Part shown: piece after piece, positions 1 through 13,892 of the stretch
Layout of the letters: the number at the start of each line of letters is the position of its first letter
How positions within the stretch are numbered: position 1 is the stretch's first letter
Assembly: GCA_964016885.1 (NCBI GenBank)
Contig: OZ024741.1
Coordinates: 285,262,001-285,326,000 of the forward strand
Source: Eledone cirrhosa
Lineage: Eukaryota
Length of the DNA stretch: 64,000 bases
Direction of reading: 5' to 3'
Notes under the pieces: generated by a model
Seen by the model: only the letters and a program-made list of their open reading frames with translations
What the model was told of the DNA's origin: nothing
The model's database searches: none
Program-made: the position numbers and the translations under genes

Positions 1-669
1 CGTATGTTAATATGTCGTCTCTAGGGCACTATTGAAACCTGGCGGAGCCCATCTCTCTAGGTCTAAATACAGTAGATCTCATCCAGAGAAGGATAATGGG
101 TGTGAGAAAATGGAAGTAAGAAAGAGATATAGAGGAAGAATTGACTCCAGAACTTAACAGGTACTTTTTATCGACCTCGAATGGATGAAAGGCAAAGTTG
201 ACATCGGCGGGTTTTAATTCAGAGAGCAGAGAGCCGAAACGAATAGCGCAACATATTCTAACAACTCTGCCAATTGGCTGCCTCTCTTTGATCTCTTTGC
301 AGCATTTGTAAAAAAAAAAAAAAAATAATAAAATAATGAAATGAAACAATGGTGTCAGTGAATGACGATTCTAAGGCTCCCAAATTTCAGTCTAGAAGTA
401 AAGTCAAAAGAAGGTTTGTAATGGTTTTGCTGTTTACCTCCAAGTCATCACATCTGTGGATATCTCTTTCTGTTCTAATCACAGTGATCCTAGGACCAAA
501 TAAGCTAATATATGCTTTCATTTTTAAGAAGACTAGCAGAGAAACCGCCCCTCGTGCGGTTTTCTGCCAGCATATGTAGTGTGCATATTGGTATTATACG
601 CAAATATATATGCATATACATATATTTAAATTGAAAAATAAATTGATAATATCTTCTTCTTCACCCACT

Positions 670-1310
670 TATTTCTGAGAGAGTCGTGGGGGCAGAGACC
701 TTCTCAAACACTCCTTCCAGCGAGTCTGTCAGTAGCAAACATCTCTAACTGATGCAGCTGGATCCCAAAGCGTGACCAGCTAATCTCATGGATGTTATCC
801 AACTATCTTGCTCAGGGTCTACCTAGGGGTCTTTTGCCGGTTGGTTTTGCCTGTAAAATGTGTCCAGCGATTCATTACTGAGACATTCTAACCACATACT
901 CATAATATCGGAGTTGTGATCTCTCAATTCGGAGAAGTAGCGGCTCTACCAGGAGTTACTCTCTGGTCTCTGAGCTATGCACTTTATCGAGTAACGTTAC
1001 TCCAAAGACCCTTCGGAGGAATTCCATTTCTGCCACTTTTATTTGCAATTGTAGTCTTTTAGTCATTACTCAAGATTCATGGTCCTCGGTAAGAGTTGGC
1101 AGGAATACCAGGAAGACAGCGAGTTTGGCTTTTACACCTACCCCCGCCCCCCTTCATGTGATTGGTGAGGCTGGCGCTTTACTGCATCAAGCTTTTGCAA
1201 TTCTTGCACTTAATTCAGACTCCTGCATTCTATCACTCATGGTTCCAAGATACTTGAACTTCTCTAACTGCTTCAGTAGAACTCCATTCACATGTATATA
1301 AATTTGAGGG
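670..1310 (-). mobile_element. RTE-clade LINE 3' fragment
   Basis: Remnant LKQLEKFKYLG...ELSARIAKA; homologous to 5590-6075 and 37640-38430. Confidence 0.75.
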
Positions 1311-1489
1311 ACTTCTGTCCACCCGTCCATCACACAATGTGTATGTGTGTTTGTGTGAATGTATGTGTGTGTAAAAGGAAGGAAAGGGATACACACATAT
1401 ACATGTCTAACTTAAAAACAGTGACATACACACACGGGTCTCTAATTTAAGAATGCCGACAAACTCACGCGCGCGCACACACACACACT

Positions 1490-2205
1490 GTCCTATTACC
1501 ACTTAAGAGCTTTGGCCCGGACAAACATCCCCTCAATTTTGGAACCGTCTGCGTTTCCAGAATTGATGAGAAAAGACTTGACGGTCTTACTCTGTGTTCC
1601 TGGTCAAGAGGCAGGGGCTTTACCTGGGACGTCACAGTTAGTGACTCTTTTGCTTCTTTCCACACTCTGGATGCAGCGGTAAGGGCGAGAGCTACAGCAT
1701 CCGCAGCTGAACGGAACAAAATCCTAAAATATCGTGTTCTCTCACGAACTACGTTATCCAGCCTATGGCGTTCGAGACGTTTGGAGGAGTTGGGCTATTG
1801 ACAGCGAGGTTCTTATCTTCACTGGCGGCTCGCCAAACAGAGGTAACTGGTGATGCTCGTGAGGGCACTTGGTTGTTCCAGCACCTCAGCCTGGCCATCA
1901 CCCCGGGTAACTCTGCGAGCGTGGTGGCTTGCCTAAAAAATTATTAGAGAGGTTTCCCAGTGCTCCTCGCTATATTGCTATCTTTTGCTCTGGTAGCTAT
2001 CTTTTCCTCGCTATATTGCTATCTTTTGCACTCTTTCGCCTGCATTTTGTTCTATGTGGTCTAAGATGTGTGTATTAAGTGCTTGTGTATTTTTTCTCTT
2101 TCTTTTTTTCCTTTCCCTTTCCTTTGTATATATTATATTTGTTAGTGTTTTCGTTCTGTAATCATTATATTAAATTTTTATACAAATGCGTTTAAAAAAA
2201 AAAAA
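1490..2205 (+). mobile_element. CRE-clade non-LTR retrotransposon 3' fragment (restriction-like endonuclease)
   Basis: Remnant RLDG..W..G..WDVT...A.AAERNKILKY...PMAFETFGG.G...REGTWLFQHLSLAI..GNSA, followed by a 3' UTR and an A-tract. Confidence 0.75.
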
Positions 2206-2918
2206 GAGTGAAACTGTTGTTAATAAATAAATAAAAAGTTGTATTTTTACCCTCCCATTTCCAATTCACCGAACGCTATCATGACTTTATGACTGTATGT
2301 GTGTGTTTGTGTAAATATAGATGTGTGAATGTGTGTTCGTGTGAAAGTATGTGTATTTGTGTGACTGTATGTCCGTGAGCGTGTATTTTTGTAAGCTTGT
2401 GTTTGCGCGATTATAGTTATATACTTATACATATAGATGTATGTATGTGCACATACACACACATACGCGTCAGCGTGTTGAAAATCATAATCACTTTATC
2501 AGTATCCCTCTCATCACACACTCTCTCTTTCTATATATATGATAGTTGAAGTGGTAGTGGTGGCGGCGATATACCGGAAGTGTAGAAATTTGAATCTTTG
2601 AAAAGAAGTCAATTTTAAATAAGCAATAAAATTATTTATATTAAATTTAATTTAGTAGATAAATTATGTAGTATTCATTCATTATTTATTCAAAGTAATC
2701 CAACTTATTTTACTAACTGGATTAAAAGAAATAAACCGTACGAAGTCCCGCATCCTTATTTTATTATAGTATAGATTATGTATAATTTGAGGATGTTGGT
2801 TCTATTTCTAGCAATTTAAACGGTTGCGTGTGAGTTCCCTGTTTGGTTCATTTTGTAAAGTGGTGTAAGTGTGGTGTGGTGTAATGATGCGTAATGAATT
2901 TTCAGTTTCAGTACTTAC

Positions 2919-3028
2919 CCAATCGGGCATTGTGTGCGTTTCTGGACTTCGATGGTGGTAGTTTAGTACCCATACTGTTAGGACTACAGAAACCGAACAC
3001 GTAACCATTATACAAGCAAAATATACAC
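2919..3028 (-). CDS. CHRNA7-like: nAChR alpha7-like exon encoding TM3 and the start of the intracellular loop (exon 9 equivalent)
   Basis: TTTCAG| ... |GTAAGT; 110 nt, phase 1-0. Translates (G)[36 protein letters not shown] and is in frame with the TM2 exon across a 3,423-bp intron. Confidence 0.95.
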
Positions 3029-5589
3029 CTGAAATATAGAGGGAAACGTGTGAAATAATTTAATGATTAAATTAATTGGAGTAGAAAGAATAGTTTAAGT
3101 ATGGCATTGAACACATATATGCATATACACACACGAGTAAACTTACACACACGTATATATGGGGTTTTATATTAAAACATTTAAATTTTTATATAAAATG
3201 GGAATTGTTTCAATTTGCAACAATGTGTAATATTTATCAACTTGCTTTCAGAAACATTCTCAATCAGAAGTCAGAAATTAGTTTCCGCTTGTCGACATAA
3301 ATCCCGGTCAAATTCAAACTGGTAAAGATTTTGGTAATGAAAATATAAGAACGGGGTCGCTGCTTTGTACGTTGACGTGGAGATCGCAAAATGTTATTTT
3401 AAATCTTAATATTTATATACACTTATAGGGTGGTGGATCGGCAGAATTGGTAGCGCTTTATATAAAATGCCATTGTGGCATTTGGTCAGGCATTTTACCG
3501 CCTGAGTTTAGATCTTGTTGAGGTTAACTTGGGTTTTCATCTGTCCAGGTTCGATTACATAAAGTACCAGTTACGTACTAAGGTAGATGCAATCGACGTT
3601 TATCTTCCCCGAAATTGTTACCTTTATGCCTAAATTAGAAATCAATGTTAATATAGACTTATAGTTGACTGATATAGCATAATAAATTGGTGATCTTACA
3701 ATATCCGAAATATCTAGCAGTAGTTATGCGCCAAATATTTCGATATTCAGATTAGACAATAAGATCGATGGATTGCTTTTAAATGTTTTTTTTTATCTGT
3801 AAATCAAACTGATTATTAATAATGCATATGATTGTTTGATGTTTAAAAGAAGAAAACTTAAGTAACGATTGCAAAGTTTCAGTTATATCACACACACAGG
3901 CACACACACGCACATACACACATACAATAATAAACTCATAAATGAATACATTACAATAAGGCAATACACCAACGTAACGTAGAATATATTAACTTATTTA
4001 TGGGATTATTCTCATAATACAGCACAGCTAAAACTTTCACTGATTCCGGATCTGATTCTGAATCGTGAATTAATGGATGAAATCCACCTCTTCAAGTTTA
4101 TGAAGATAAATCTATCCTTACCTTAGCATTTGAATTCATTGTCGTACGTTCGCCATTATTAGTGTATATAACAGTTGATTCATCTATCTGCTATAAATAT
4201 AGGCTGCGGATTGGCAGAGTCGTTAGAACGTCGGATAGAATGCTTTGTGGTATTTGTTTCGGCTTTCTGCTTTCTGAGCTCAAATCCCAACGAAGTCAAC
4301 TTTGTCGTTCATCCTTTCGAGGTCGATAAATAATATACCAGTCTATTATTAGGGTCGATTCTTCCTCTATAAGTCTTTCTCACTTTCTATCCTTCTCTAG
4401 AAGAAATCTGCTGTGTTCGGACATGGAGATGGATATCCTAGAAACGCCACTTAGATTTGTTCAACTATAACCATCTGCGTTTGTGGGTTTGTGCCAGAAT
4501 TAGAAATCGATATCATTTGCACTGTCACATGTCAAAAACACTAATCTTTATTTTTGTAGTGTTTTCTGCTACATTGCTAGGAATAACACATGATAATTAA
4601 CCACAAATGTTGGTATTAATGGGCGTTCATATGCATTAAAACGGGTGACAAGATATGTCAAGACATGAAAAGAAGATTACGAATGAGACGTGTCAATCAG
4701 TTAAATCAAGCAATTGTTCAATGTATTTGATGAGCTTTCATTTATATAAAAAAACAAAAAACAAGAAAAACGAGAGAGGCGTAAAATATGTCCGAATTGA
4801 AGTAGGGGTTCCTATACTGAAATTAGAATTGAAAATCTTTCCATCCAGGCTTTACTTAAGCCAGATATTTAATTCAGCAATCAGGTTAGGTTTAGTTTCC
4901 GACATTAAACTGAGATCATTCATGAAATATTTTGACATATCAGTGACATTTTGAGCTTGTGGTTCAAATCTGGTTGATCAGCGAAGTCCGACAAAAAATA
5001 TTTACTTTCGATCTCGAATAGATTAAATTCCGGCAATTTTCTCCGGAAAGAGATCGATATTTAGATTTTATTTAAGTGCAATTTTGTTATCTTTTTTAGA
5101 ATGATATACGGTATAGCTTGAAGGGAGCATAGAGAGCCATTAATGTTTTAGTTCATAATTATATCTATTTCTGGGTAGAGGCGTGGTTGTGCGGTCAAGG
5201 TGTTCACTTTGGAATCATGTGGTTTCGATTTTAGTCCACCTATCTGGTACCTTTGACAAATGTTTTCTACTATAGGCTTGGGTTGACCAATGCCTAGTAA
5301 AATACCGTTGGCAGACAGAAACTGTGCGTTCACCAGTCATATATGTAGGTATGGAGGAATGTATTTCTTCTGGATATATGTTCTTGTGAATTTCTGTCCG
5401 AATTCTACACGTTTTCTATGCTATCTGTCCACAGTCATTTCAGAATCGAATTATTGTTGCCACAATATATTTCGTGTACCTTTCAGTGCTGATCGGATGA
5501 ACTCTGATATATTAACTCGTGGCGTATCGATGATTCTATAAATCCCCAAATTATATGTATAAATAGCTGACTAATCTCCACACTGACTC

Positions 5590-6075
5590 AGCATTATTCA
5601 GTAATCAGACGATGGGCGGTAGGTGTAAAATCCAAACCCTCTATCTTCAATTCAGTATTATTATCACCTCTTACCCATGGCACGAATCTCGTGTAATGAC
5701 GAAAATATACGATCGTGAATACAAGCAGCCGAAATGGGGTTCCTCCGAAGGCTCTTTGGAATAACGTTACTCGGTATAGCGTGTAGCTCGGAGATCAGAG
5801 AGCACTCCAGGTAGAGCCGCTACTTCTCTGAATTGAGAGAGCACAGCTACAATACTACGGGCATGTGGTTAGAATGTCTCAGGAAAGAATCGGTGGACAG
5901 ATTTTACGAGCAAAACCAGTCAGCAGGAGACCCAGAGGTAGACCCCGAGTAAGATAGTTGGATAACATCTATGAGCTCGGTTGGTCTTGCTTGGGTACCC
6001 AGCCGGATCAGTTGGAGACGGTTGCTCCCGAGATGACCCGCTGGAGGAGTATTTGAGGATTCGGCCTCCCAGGAA
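5590..6075 (+). mobile_element. RTE-clade LINE 3' fragment ending at (GAA)n
   Basis: Homologous to 37640-38430 (TLTHGTES..IQAAEMGFLRR...GRPRGRP); followed by (GAA)n at 6073-6123. Confidence 0.7.
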
Positions 6076-6451
6076 GAAGAAGAAGAAGAAGAAGAAGAAG
6101 AAGAAGAAGAAGAAGAAGAAGAAATATATATATGTTTGTGTTTGTATGTGTCTGTGTTTGTCATGAAGGCCCTTGCCAAGAAATAGTACTGGACCCAGAA
6201 CTGCTTAATATCGAAGCAAACTATTCAACCACACATCCAAGTCCACAACCATTACTCTTGAAAATCAGTGCTGTTATATAATGGGGTTGATATAATCGAC
6301 TTTTTCTTTCCTGAAATTGCCGGATTTGGGCCATTGTTTGAAATAATTATTTTTCTTAATAATTCATTTGTCTTCCAATCGTTGATGTTGGTGACGGTGG
6401 TCATGGTATTGAAGTGGCGGTGTGGTAGTTTTAGAGGAATATAAAACTTAC

Positions 6452-6538
6452 CTATGAGTGGCACAGCATCAGACGTGGGAGGCATTGTCTCGGCTACCAG
6501 TAATAAGAATACCATGAGAGACAGAAGGATTGTTACTC
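6452..6538 (-). CDS. CHRNA7-like: nAChR alpha7-like exon encoding TM2 and the TM2-TM3 loop (exon 8 equivalent)
   Basis: TTTCAG| ... |GTAAGT; 87 nt, phase 1-1. Translates (G)VTILLSLMVFLLLVAETMPPTSDAVPLI(G) and joins in frame to the 34033 exon across a 27,494-bp intron. Confidence 0.95.
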
Positions 6539-6791
6539 CTGAAATGAAGAAGATATTTAGAGAATAGCAGAAAAGGAAAAGATAGAAGAAAGAGAGAGAG
6601 GAGGGGGGGGGGAAGAAATAAAGAAAGAGAGAGACAGAGAGAAAGAGAGAGAGATAGAGAGATAGAGAGAGAGGGAGACAGAGGAAGAGAAAGAGAAGGA
6701 TGTTGAGTAATAAGGAGAAAACAGTAAGCTTTGTACATAAATAAAGTATTATAGAGAAAGAGAGAAAGAGAGAGAGCGGAAGAGAAAGAAA

Positions 6792-6879
<88 letters not shown>

Positions 6880-6880
<1 letters not shown>

Positions 6881-7975
6881 GTTAAAGAAAGAAGAGTAGC
6901 ATGGTTGGCTGTACAATAAGGGCTTTATTTAAAGTACTGACAATTGTTTCGTTGATCAGGTGTGTCTAGAGTTCGCTAATCGCTTGAGGTTGCGTCAATC
7001 GATCTCCAATACATTGTTTCCCACTGGCCAACACACCAGAGTATGTAGATATGAAAATAATTCACTCGAGGCAAGACTTATATAGAATGAACAGCGTATA
7101 ATTAAAACAATAACATCAATAATAAAACATGTATGGTAAATAGATAGAGAGGTTACAGATGTAAAAAGTAAAAAGTAAAATATAAGATAGGGTACATTAA
7201 AAAATAATAAGAAAATGAGGAAATGGAAAATATAAATAAATTAATAAGTGAGAGAGTACAAGTAGATATTATTAGTTTTTTAGTAAGTGTTCTTATAAGG
7301 ATTCGTTGGTGCTAACATGAGAAACCAGATTTGAGATGTAGATAAATACGTATAGAGGGTCCGATAAAAGAAAAGACAATAAATTAAAGATTAATTGATG
7401 TATACATGTATTATATTTATGGCTAGGGATGACGGGACATTTGATAAACGCTTGTTGTAAATGTTTTGCTGATTGTTCTATCTTAATGGGGTTGATGGAG
7501 AAAGGGTGGAAGAAGTGTATAGAGATTTATGATCCAGTGACTAGTTGGCAGTTTGATAGCTAATAGCGGTGCGATGGTGTTTATTCTATATGTTAAAATC
7601 TAGGTGGTTTAGTACTGATTTTGGGATTGCTGGTTCAAATCATGGGGGTTTGAAGTTCGTAAATCTAGTACATATTTTATGCCTACAGAAAATAGATCTT
7701 ACTATTTTGCTGTTAAGCAGCATCCTATCGTACCTTAAAATATGTAGTTCTAAATTACAAAGCCCGCAGTGGGACATACCGTTGCTGTAGGCTTTTGCTA
7801 CCGATAATTTCGACCAGCTAATCTTATATTCTAGCTTTTTGTCCTTAAGATGCCAGATTTTATGGCGAGCGTTATAGAGTTCTCCAGGGCACGGTTCTTC
7901 ATGGAGTGTCTGTGCACGTACCACCTTTTCTTAAACTCCCCAGCTGTGGAACCTATGTATGGATGTTGCTTAAAT
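6880..7975 (-). mobile_element. Penelope-like element 3' fragment (GIY-YIG C-terminus, probably Nematis-type) with pLTR
   Basis: YIGSTAGEFK...IWHLK..EYKISW...CGLCNLE...LLNS...CRHK remnant; degenerate HHR at 7044-6934; abuts a (TA)n/(TG)n tract. Confidence 0.7.
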
Positions 7976-7977
7976 AT

Positions 7978-8406
7978 AGCCGTACTAAGAGTACAGCCGT
8001 ACTAAGAGTGAGAAATGAAATTTCGTTTCATTTTTTCCATTTATCGTTTTCGGTGCGCCCGGCCGATTAACTCACTCGATATGCAAACTAGGCTGCTCAG
8101 CCGTTAATATGCATAAGGAAAGTATATACTTTCAGACGTTCAATCATCTGCCAGGAAGGTATACGGTGTTGACGATAGCTAATAAGCTTGAAACTAGTAC
8201 ATCGTTCCTTTGTCAGTGTTGAACAAAAGGGCAACGATGGTTGTTAAACACTGTACGGCTTAATTCGGGATGTTTGTTTACAAACAAACCGAGCATTATA
8301 ATAAATGCTCGGTAAATCCATACGTATATATATATGTGTGCATGTATGTATATATATATACATACTACTGTACGTCTGTATACATATATGTATGTACGTA
8401 TACATA

Positions 8407-8410
<4 letters not shown>
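7978..8410 (+). repeat. Solo copy of the ~428-bp hammerhead-containing repeat
   Basis: Closely similar to 30571-30998. HHR at 8164-8204 has a mutated core (TTGACGA). Ends in (TA)n. Confidence 0.9.
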
Positions 8411-8446
<36 letters not shown>

Positions 8447-8447
<1 letters not shown>

Positions 8448-8640
8448 CGAAGGAAATGTGGTAAGGAACCAGGTGGACCATAACGCACCAAAGTACTCAA
8501 TACTTAGGGTAGTAGAGTGGGTAATAGGAACCAGTAAGACCTCAACGGCTGAGCTCAAGCCGTTTCGACGGCTAATTCTGGACCAGAATTAGCCGTCGAA
8601 ACGGCTTGAGCTCAGCCGTCGGGGTCTTACTGGTTCCTAT
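8447..8640 (-). repeat. Fold-back pLTR-like fragment with half-hammerhead, inserted in (TA)n
   Basis: Hairpin 8524-8640 with 58-bp arms, 1-nt loop and 2 mismatches; same family as 21333-21522. Confidence 0.8.
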
Positions 8641-8941
8641 GTATATATATATATATATATGATAAGATAATAGTTGGACCATATAACGCACTAGAGTTCA
8701 GATCTAGCTCTGTGTAAACGGCCGGCCTGAGCTCAGCCACCGGGGTCCTGAAACATTTCACACACACACACACACACACATATATATGTGTGTGTGCGTA
8801 TGTTACTATGTAAGTAACCTGTAGTTACTAGCGGCGACGGTGGTTGAAGCAGCTGGTCCATCTTTCGTTCGGTTGCGCAGAGTGTATATAAAGAATGATA
8901 ATAAGAATTTCAGCTTTTTGCGAAACTTTACTTTATATTAT

Positions 8942-10084
8942 AACTAGCAGTGGTACCCGGCTTTGCACGGGATAAAGTATTGTGAAATATATAACCGCCT
9001 TAGCTAAGCTTAGTATTGCCACAACCACGGCTGGCAAAGAAGTAAGGGTATGGTGGTACGTACGTAAGCAACACCGTGGCTTAAAACGTGAGGAAGAAGT
9101 TGTGTGCACTTACCAACTGTTTGGGGAATGAGTGCGAGATTTGTCTTGAGCAAGGGTGGCGGAATAACTGGAGGAAGCAGACAGCCAGACATACAGACAG
9201 ATATTATAAGGGCGCGTTCTGGACGCAGAGCGAATTGTAGGAAGTGATGTAATGCAGACAGCCAGACATACAGACAGATATTATAAGGGCACGACGTTAT
9301 ATGTATGTATCTATCTAAAAAGAGAAAGACTAAGAATTATAGAGAGAGATCGCTAAATCGCCTAATGCAGTCCCTAGGACATTGAAAATTAGAAATTATT
9401 TTTGCTCAGAACACTCCCTGAAACATAAGTATTACATGTGTAAAGTTTGAAAAGAGTCGGTTGGGTGTTTCTCTAGATTTAGGGATTCAAACTCACACAC
9501 AGACAGACATCCTCAGTTTTATATATATAGACTAGCAGAAAACCACCCAGTGGGCGGTTTTCTGCTAGAAAATCTAGTGTATATACTGATATTGTTGAGA
9601 TTTGGATGAGAAATGTTTTCGGCACCACATGTTCACCGTCTCTCGGTGTGTCTGTTATGCATGTATAAATATATATGTTATCTATACGGTGAAATCTTTG
9701 AAATAAATATATGTTAAAACGAAAAAGGAGAAAAAGAGATTAGTGACGGAAATATAAACGTTATGATACATAAACGTTATGATATAACGATGGAAATATA
9801 TCTTCAAATGGTCCTTGGCATGGTGTCAAGTCAGAACTGCCTCGAACTGGTTACTTCTGGCTTGTGCAAGGTGTCTCTATAGCAACCAGCGATTTCCTCG
9901 GCCTCAGTGACCAAAGTCAGTGGAGAGGGGAAGGTAATGTTTCTATAGCGACAGTGTTTCTCTTGGTAGTACCAAAGTGGAGAAAGGAAGGGGAAGGTAA
10001 TATTTCTGTAGCACCTACATTTGAGTTTTAGGGAAGGACAGACAGACAGACAGACAGACAAACAGAGAAATGCCCATATATTTC

Positions 10085-10131
<47 letters not shown>

Positions 10132-10635
10132 CACACACAGAAATGTATATATATTTCTGTGTGTGTGTGTATATATATATATTTCTGTGTGTGTATATAT
10201 ATATATATATTACACACACAGAAATGTATATATATTTCTGTGTGTATATATATATATTTCTGTGTGTGTATATATATATATATTACACACACACAGAAAT
10301 GTATATATGTTTCTGTAGCATTCCTCAATTCCCCCCTCTCTCCCTCTCGCTATCCCCCTCTTGTAGTCTCTCTCTCTACGCGTGCGCAAAAAACATTCGC
10401 ACGCGCGCACGTGTTTCCACTGTCGGACAGACAGACAGAGAAATTGCTGGTTATATATTATAAGGAGATAGTTTCGATATCGATCAGCTCGAGTTTGATC
10501 ATCCAAATAGTTTGGATGGGACCACCCATGTAAACTCTCATATCTGAACAAGTGTCAGCCCAGAGCCGGGATCCCATCGCATGCTGAAACCCGAGTTGAT
10601 CGATAGAGAAACAATTCTAATATGAAATAAAGTTT
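8942..10635 (+). mobile_element. Two tandem non-autonomous Helitron-like (Lep1/HINE-type) elements
   Basis: 5' ACTAG..ACCCGGCTTTGCACGGG at 8942 and 3' CAGACAGAC..TTTTATATATATAG at about 9530. This is followed at once by a second ACTAGCAGAAAACC..GGTTTTCTGCTAG start containing (GACA)n and a minisatellite (10070-10320). The right boundary is uncertain. Confidence 0.55.
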
Positions 10636-10707
10636 CACAAAAAGCTCAAATTCTTATTCTCTCTCTTTCTTTCTCTTTCTCTCTTTCTCTCACTCTCTTC
10701 TTTCTTT

Positions 10708-10794
<87 letters not shown>

Positions 10795-10796
<2 letters not shown>

Positions 10797-11058
10797 CACC
10801 TTGATCACCTTTCCCGACCAGTCTGTCGGGCGCCAATCGGCGCCGCTGGTCACAGCACGTCGTGCTGTTTTAGCCATAAGATAACGCCATCCCACTGGCT
10901 GAGCGGGCAGGCTGGTACTCATTTCTACAGCTGAGTAAACTGGAGCAACGTGAAATAAAGTGTCTTGCTCAAGGAAACAACACATCACCCGGTCCGAGAA
11001 TTGAACTCACAACCTTTCGATTGCAAGCCCAATGCTCTAACCACTAAGCCATGCGCCT
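10795..11058 (-). mobile_element. tRNA-derived SINE, family B (TGTCCTTGAGCAAGACACTTTATTTC core)
   Basis: tRNA-like A/B boxes (TGGCTTAGTGG; AGTTCAATTC) plus the shared core. Other copies at 29005-29218 (-), 52400-52750 (-), 63832-64000 (+) and degenerate 5175-5330 (+). Confidence 0.8.
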
Positions 11059-11362
11059 ATATATAAAAGCCAACACAAGAGCAAGAATGAAGGGTTCATT
11101 CTACTGACATGGCTTTAAGAATGAGGCTTGTTTGCATAATTGCAAACGTATCGAATGTTATTATTAATATTCGAAAAACTCAGATTACATTTATATATAG
11201 TTTAGTTTCAAAAAAACCCACATGATTAAGTTTTTAGAATATGAATCCAAAACGGGTGGGAGACATTGGACAAAGACATTGGACAAAAACAATAAAAAAA
11301 ACAAAAAAAAAACAGAGAAGCGGACAGTCCCATCTCCACCTCTTAAAATCACTTCAGTTTCG

Positions 11363-11850
<488 letters not shown>

Positions 11851-12245
11851 GGGGGGGAACAAGTAAACAGAAATAACAAAACAAATGACACAGTATAATG
11901 AATGAAAAATATATTAAAAATATATATTACTAGTTCTTCATTAGAAGACAATGAGAATTAAAAGATGATTAGAACGTTATAGAGTGAGAAGAGGAAGGTA
12001 CGGAAATAATTGTTTGTACTATTGGCACAAGGCCAGCAATTAACCAGTACATTACTGGTACTTTATTTTATCGACCGCGTAAGGATGAAAGGCAAAGTTA
12101 ACATTGGCAACGGAAATAATGTTTTTGAGAAATAAAAACACGTGTGTATTCAATCAGCAATTTTAGAGAAAAGATAAAATGAATAGAGAGACAGATAGAG
12201 AGGTAGACAATTAGAAGGAGAGTTAGATAAGTAGATAGATAGATA

Positions 12246-12654
12246 TATTTCTTTATTAGCCACAAGGGCGCACAAGAAAAGGGACAATACAAAGACATGC
12301 CGGGGATTTTACATACAGTCGTGTAAAAAATATAAAAACAAACATTACAACAATCGAAATCCCCAATGGGGGGGAGGGAGGCGCCACAAATGGATTGTTT
12401 AATACCCCGTCCAGGAGCGTGTTGTGCAAGTGCTCCTTTCTTCCTTTTGCTCTCTTCCTCAACCTACAGGCTTATAAACAGAGAAGGCCCAACCATTCGG
12501 GCCATTTTCGCTTCATTCACCCACCTTTCAGTAAATTTACTGGGGTGCAGTGCCTCTCTCTCCACCCTGATTCTCCTTCTAAAGTGATACTTAAAGAAGG
12601 GAATCAATTGTTGTCCGGTTTGATCCTTACTATGGACTCGGCAGTCAACTGGAT
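12246..12654 (-). mobile_element. 5'-truncated Tx1/L1-clade LINE copy A, (TATC)n-flanked
   Basis: ORF2 C-terminus and 3' UTR ending AATAAAGAAATA-(TATC)n; internal deletion relative to copy B. Confidence 0.85.
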
Positions 12655-12660
12655 AGATAG

Positions 12661-13892
12661 ATATCTTTCTTTATTTGCCACAGGGGCGTACAAAAATGGG
12701 ACATTACAAGACGTGACGGCGGGGGTTTTACATAAAAATAACTTTAACATTAATAAATAACAATAAACTATATATAATATAATAACAATTGAAATCCCCA
12801 AGTAGGGGGAACGTTACTGCAGGGTTGTTTTACACCCCGTGGATAGAACAACCCTCAACACCAGGAACACGTTTTGTAGTGTTCCTGTCTTCCCTCTGTT
12901 TATCTTCCTCAACCTACAGGTTTATATACAGAGAAGGCCCATTCACTCGGGCCATTTTTGCCACATTCACCCACCTTTCAGCTAATTTACTGGGGTGTAG
13001 CACCTCTCTCTCCACTCTCACCTTCCTTCTGAAGTAATACTTAAAGAAGGGGATAAGTTGTTGTCCGGAGAGAAAGGTGTTTGCCCTCAGTCCTTTTAAC
13101 CTCGTCCACCATATTACCTTTTTCTCCTTGGCCACCAGACAGAGGAAAACCGCCTCTCCTTCGTTCTTAAATGAAGGCGGCGGGGTGATCCTCACGATGG
13201 ACTCGGCTGACAACTGGATGCGTCCCACACGTGACAGTAGCTGTTCGACATAATTCCACAGGTCGGTCACCCCTGGGCACTGAACAATTGCGTGCAGAAC
13301 GGTTTCGATGTCCTGCTCGCATCTTGGACAGGTCCGTTTGGCAGGATCTCTGCCAGGGCGTCAGTGACTGTAGACTTTGTCTCGAACTGGTAGAGCTCCT
13401 CGGTAGCACTGCCAGGCCAGAGACCTCTGGAAGTTATCCATAGGCCCTGGACGGAAAGTCCTCCCGAACAGACTGGTCAGTTCGTCGTCCTCGATGCCTA
13501 GAGTTTCCCCGAGAACGTCGTCGCACCTATCCTCCACTAATCCCCTATAGAATGTCGAAGTGGAGTCCCCGCTGATTGCTGTTTCCGCTTGGCAGAGGGC
13601 TGTGGAAGCCTGTAGGCACTCTAGGTGCCAGGCACCTATTTTCGGTTTTCGCTTGACCCAGGACTGCAGCTCTGTTAGTGAGACGAGTTGTGGAAGAGCT
13701 TGTCTCACAAACGACAGCCACACCGGTTCACCAGTCAGGAATACCTGGAGATGGCGTAGCCTCAGCGCATGTTTGCGCATCATCAGCCACGGCATACCCA
13801 GCCCTCCGTTAGAAGGGTTGTTGACAGCAGATGGATCTCCTCACCAATAGAGCCTGTTTCTTCCAGAGGAACTCGAAGAGTAGGCGTTCCAT
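12661..13892 (-). mobile_element. 5'-truncated Tx1/L1-clade LINE copy B, in tandem with copy A, (TATC)n-flanked
   Basis: ORFs 13361-13795 and 12914-13270 are closely similar to the ORF2 C-terminus (MPWLMMRKHALRLRHL...ARVNGPSLY); GATA repeats at both junctions. Confidence 0.9.

Larger units (their letters stand above)
532..2777 (+). mobile_element. Non-autonomous Helitron/Helentron-like element split by nested insertions
   Basis: 5' ACTAGCAGA..TTTTCTGCCAG hairpin at 532-570 and a 3' block at 2570-2777. Both match the uninterrupted copy at 43418-43917. RTE and CRE fragments lie between them. Confidence 0.55.

Noticed and set aside
4122-4190. Minus-strand 66/69-nt exon-like segment (TAG/CAG ... 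AAG|GTAAGG) in the TM2-TM3 intron
   Set aside because: Weak polypyrimidine tract, no nAChR similarity, and an immediate TGA in the required phase 1. At most a cryptic poison exon, and unsupported without RNA data.
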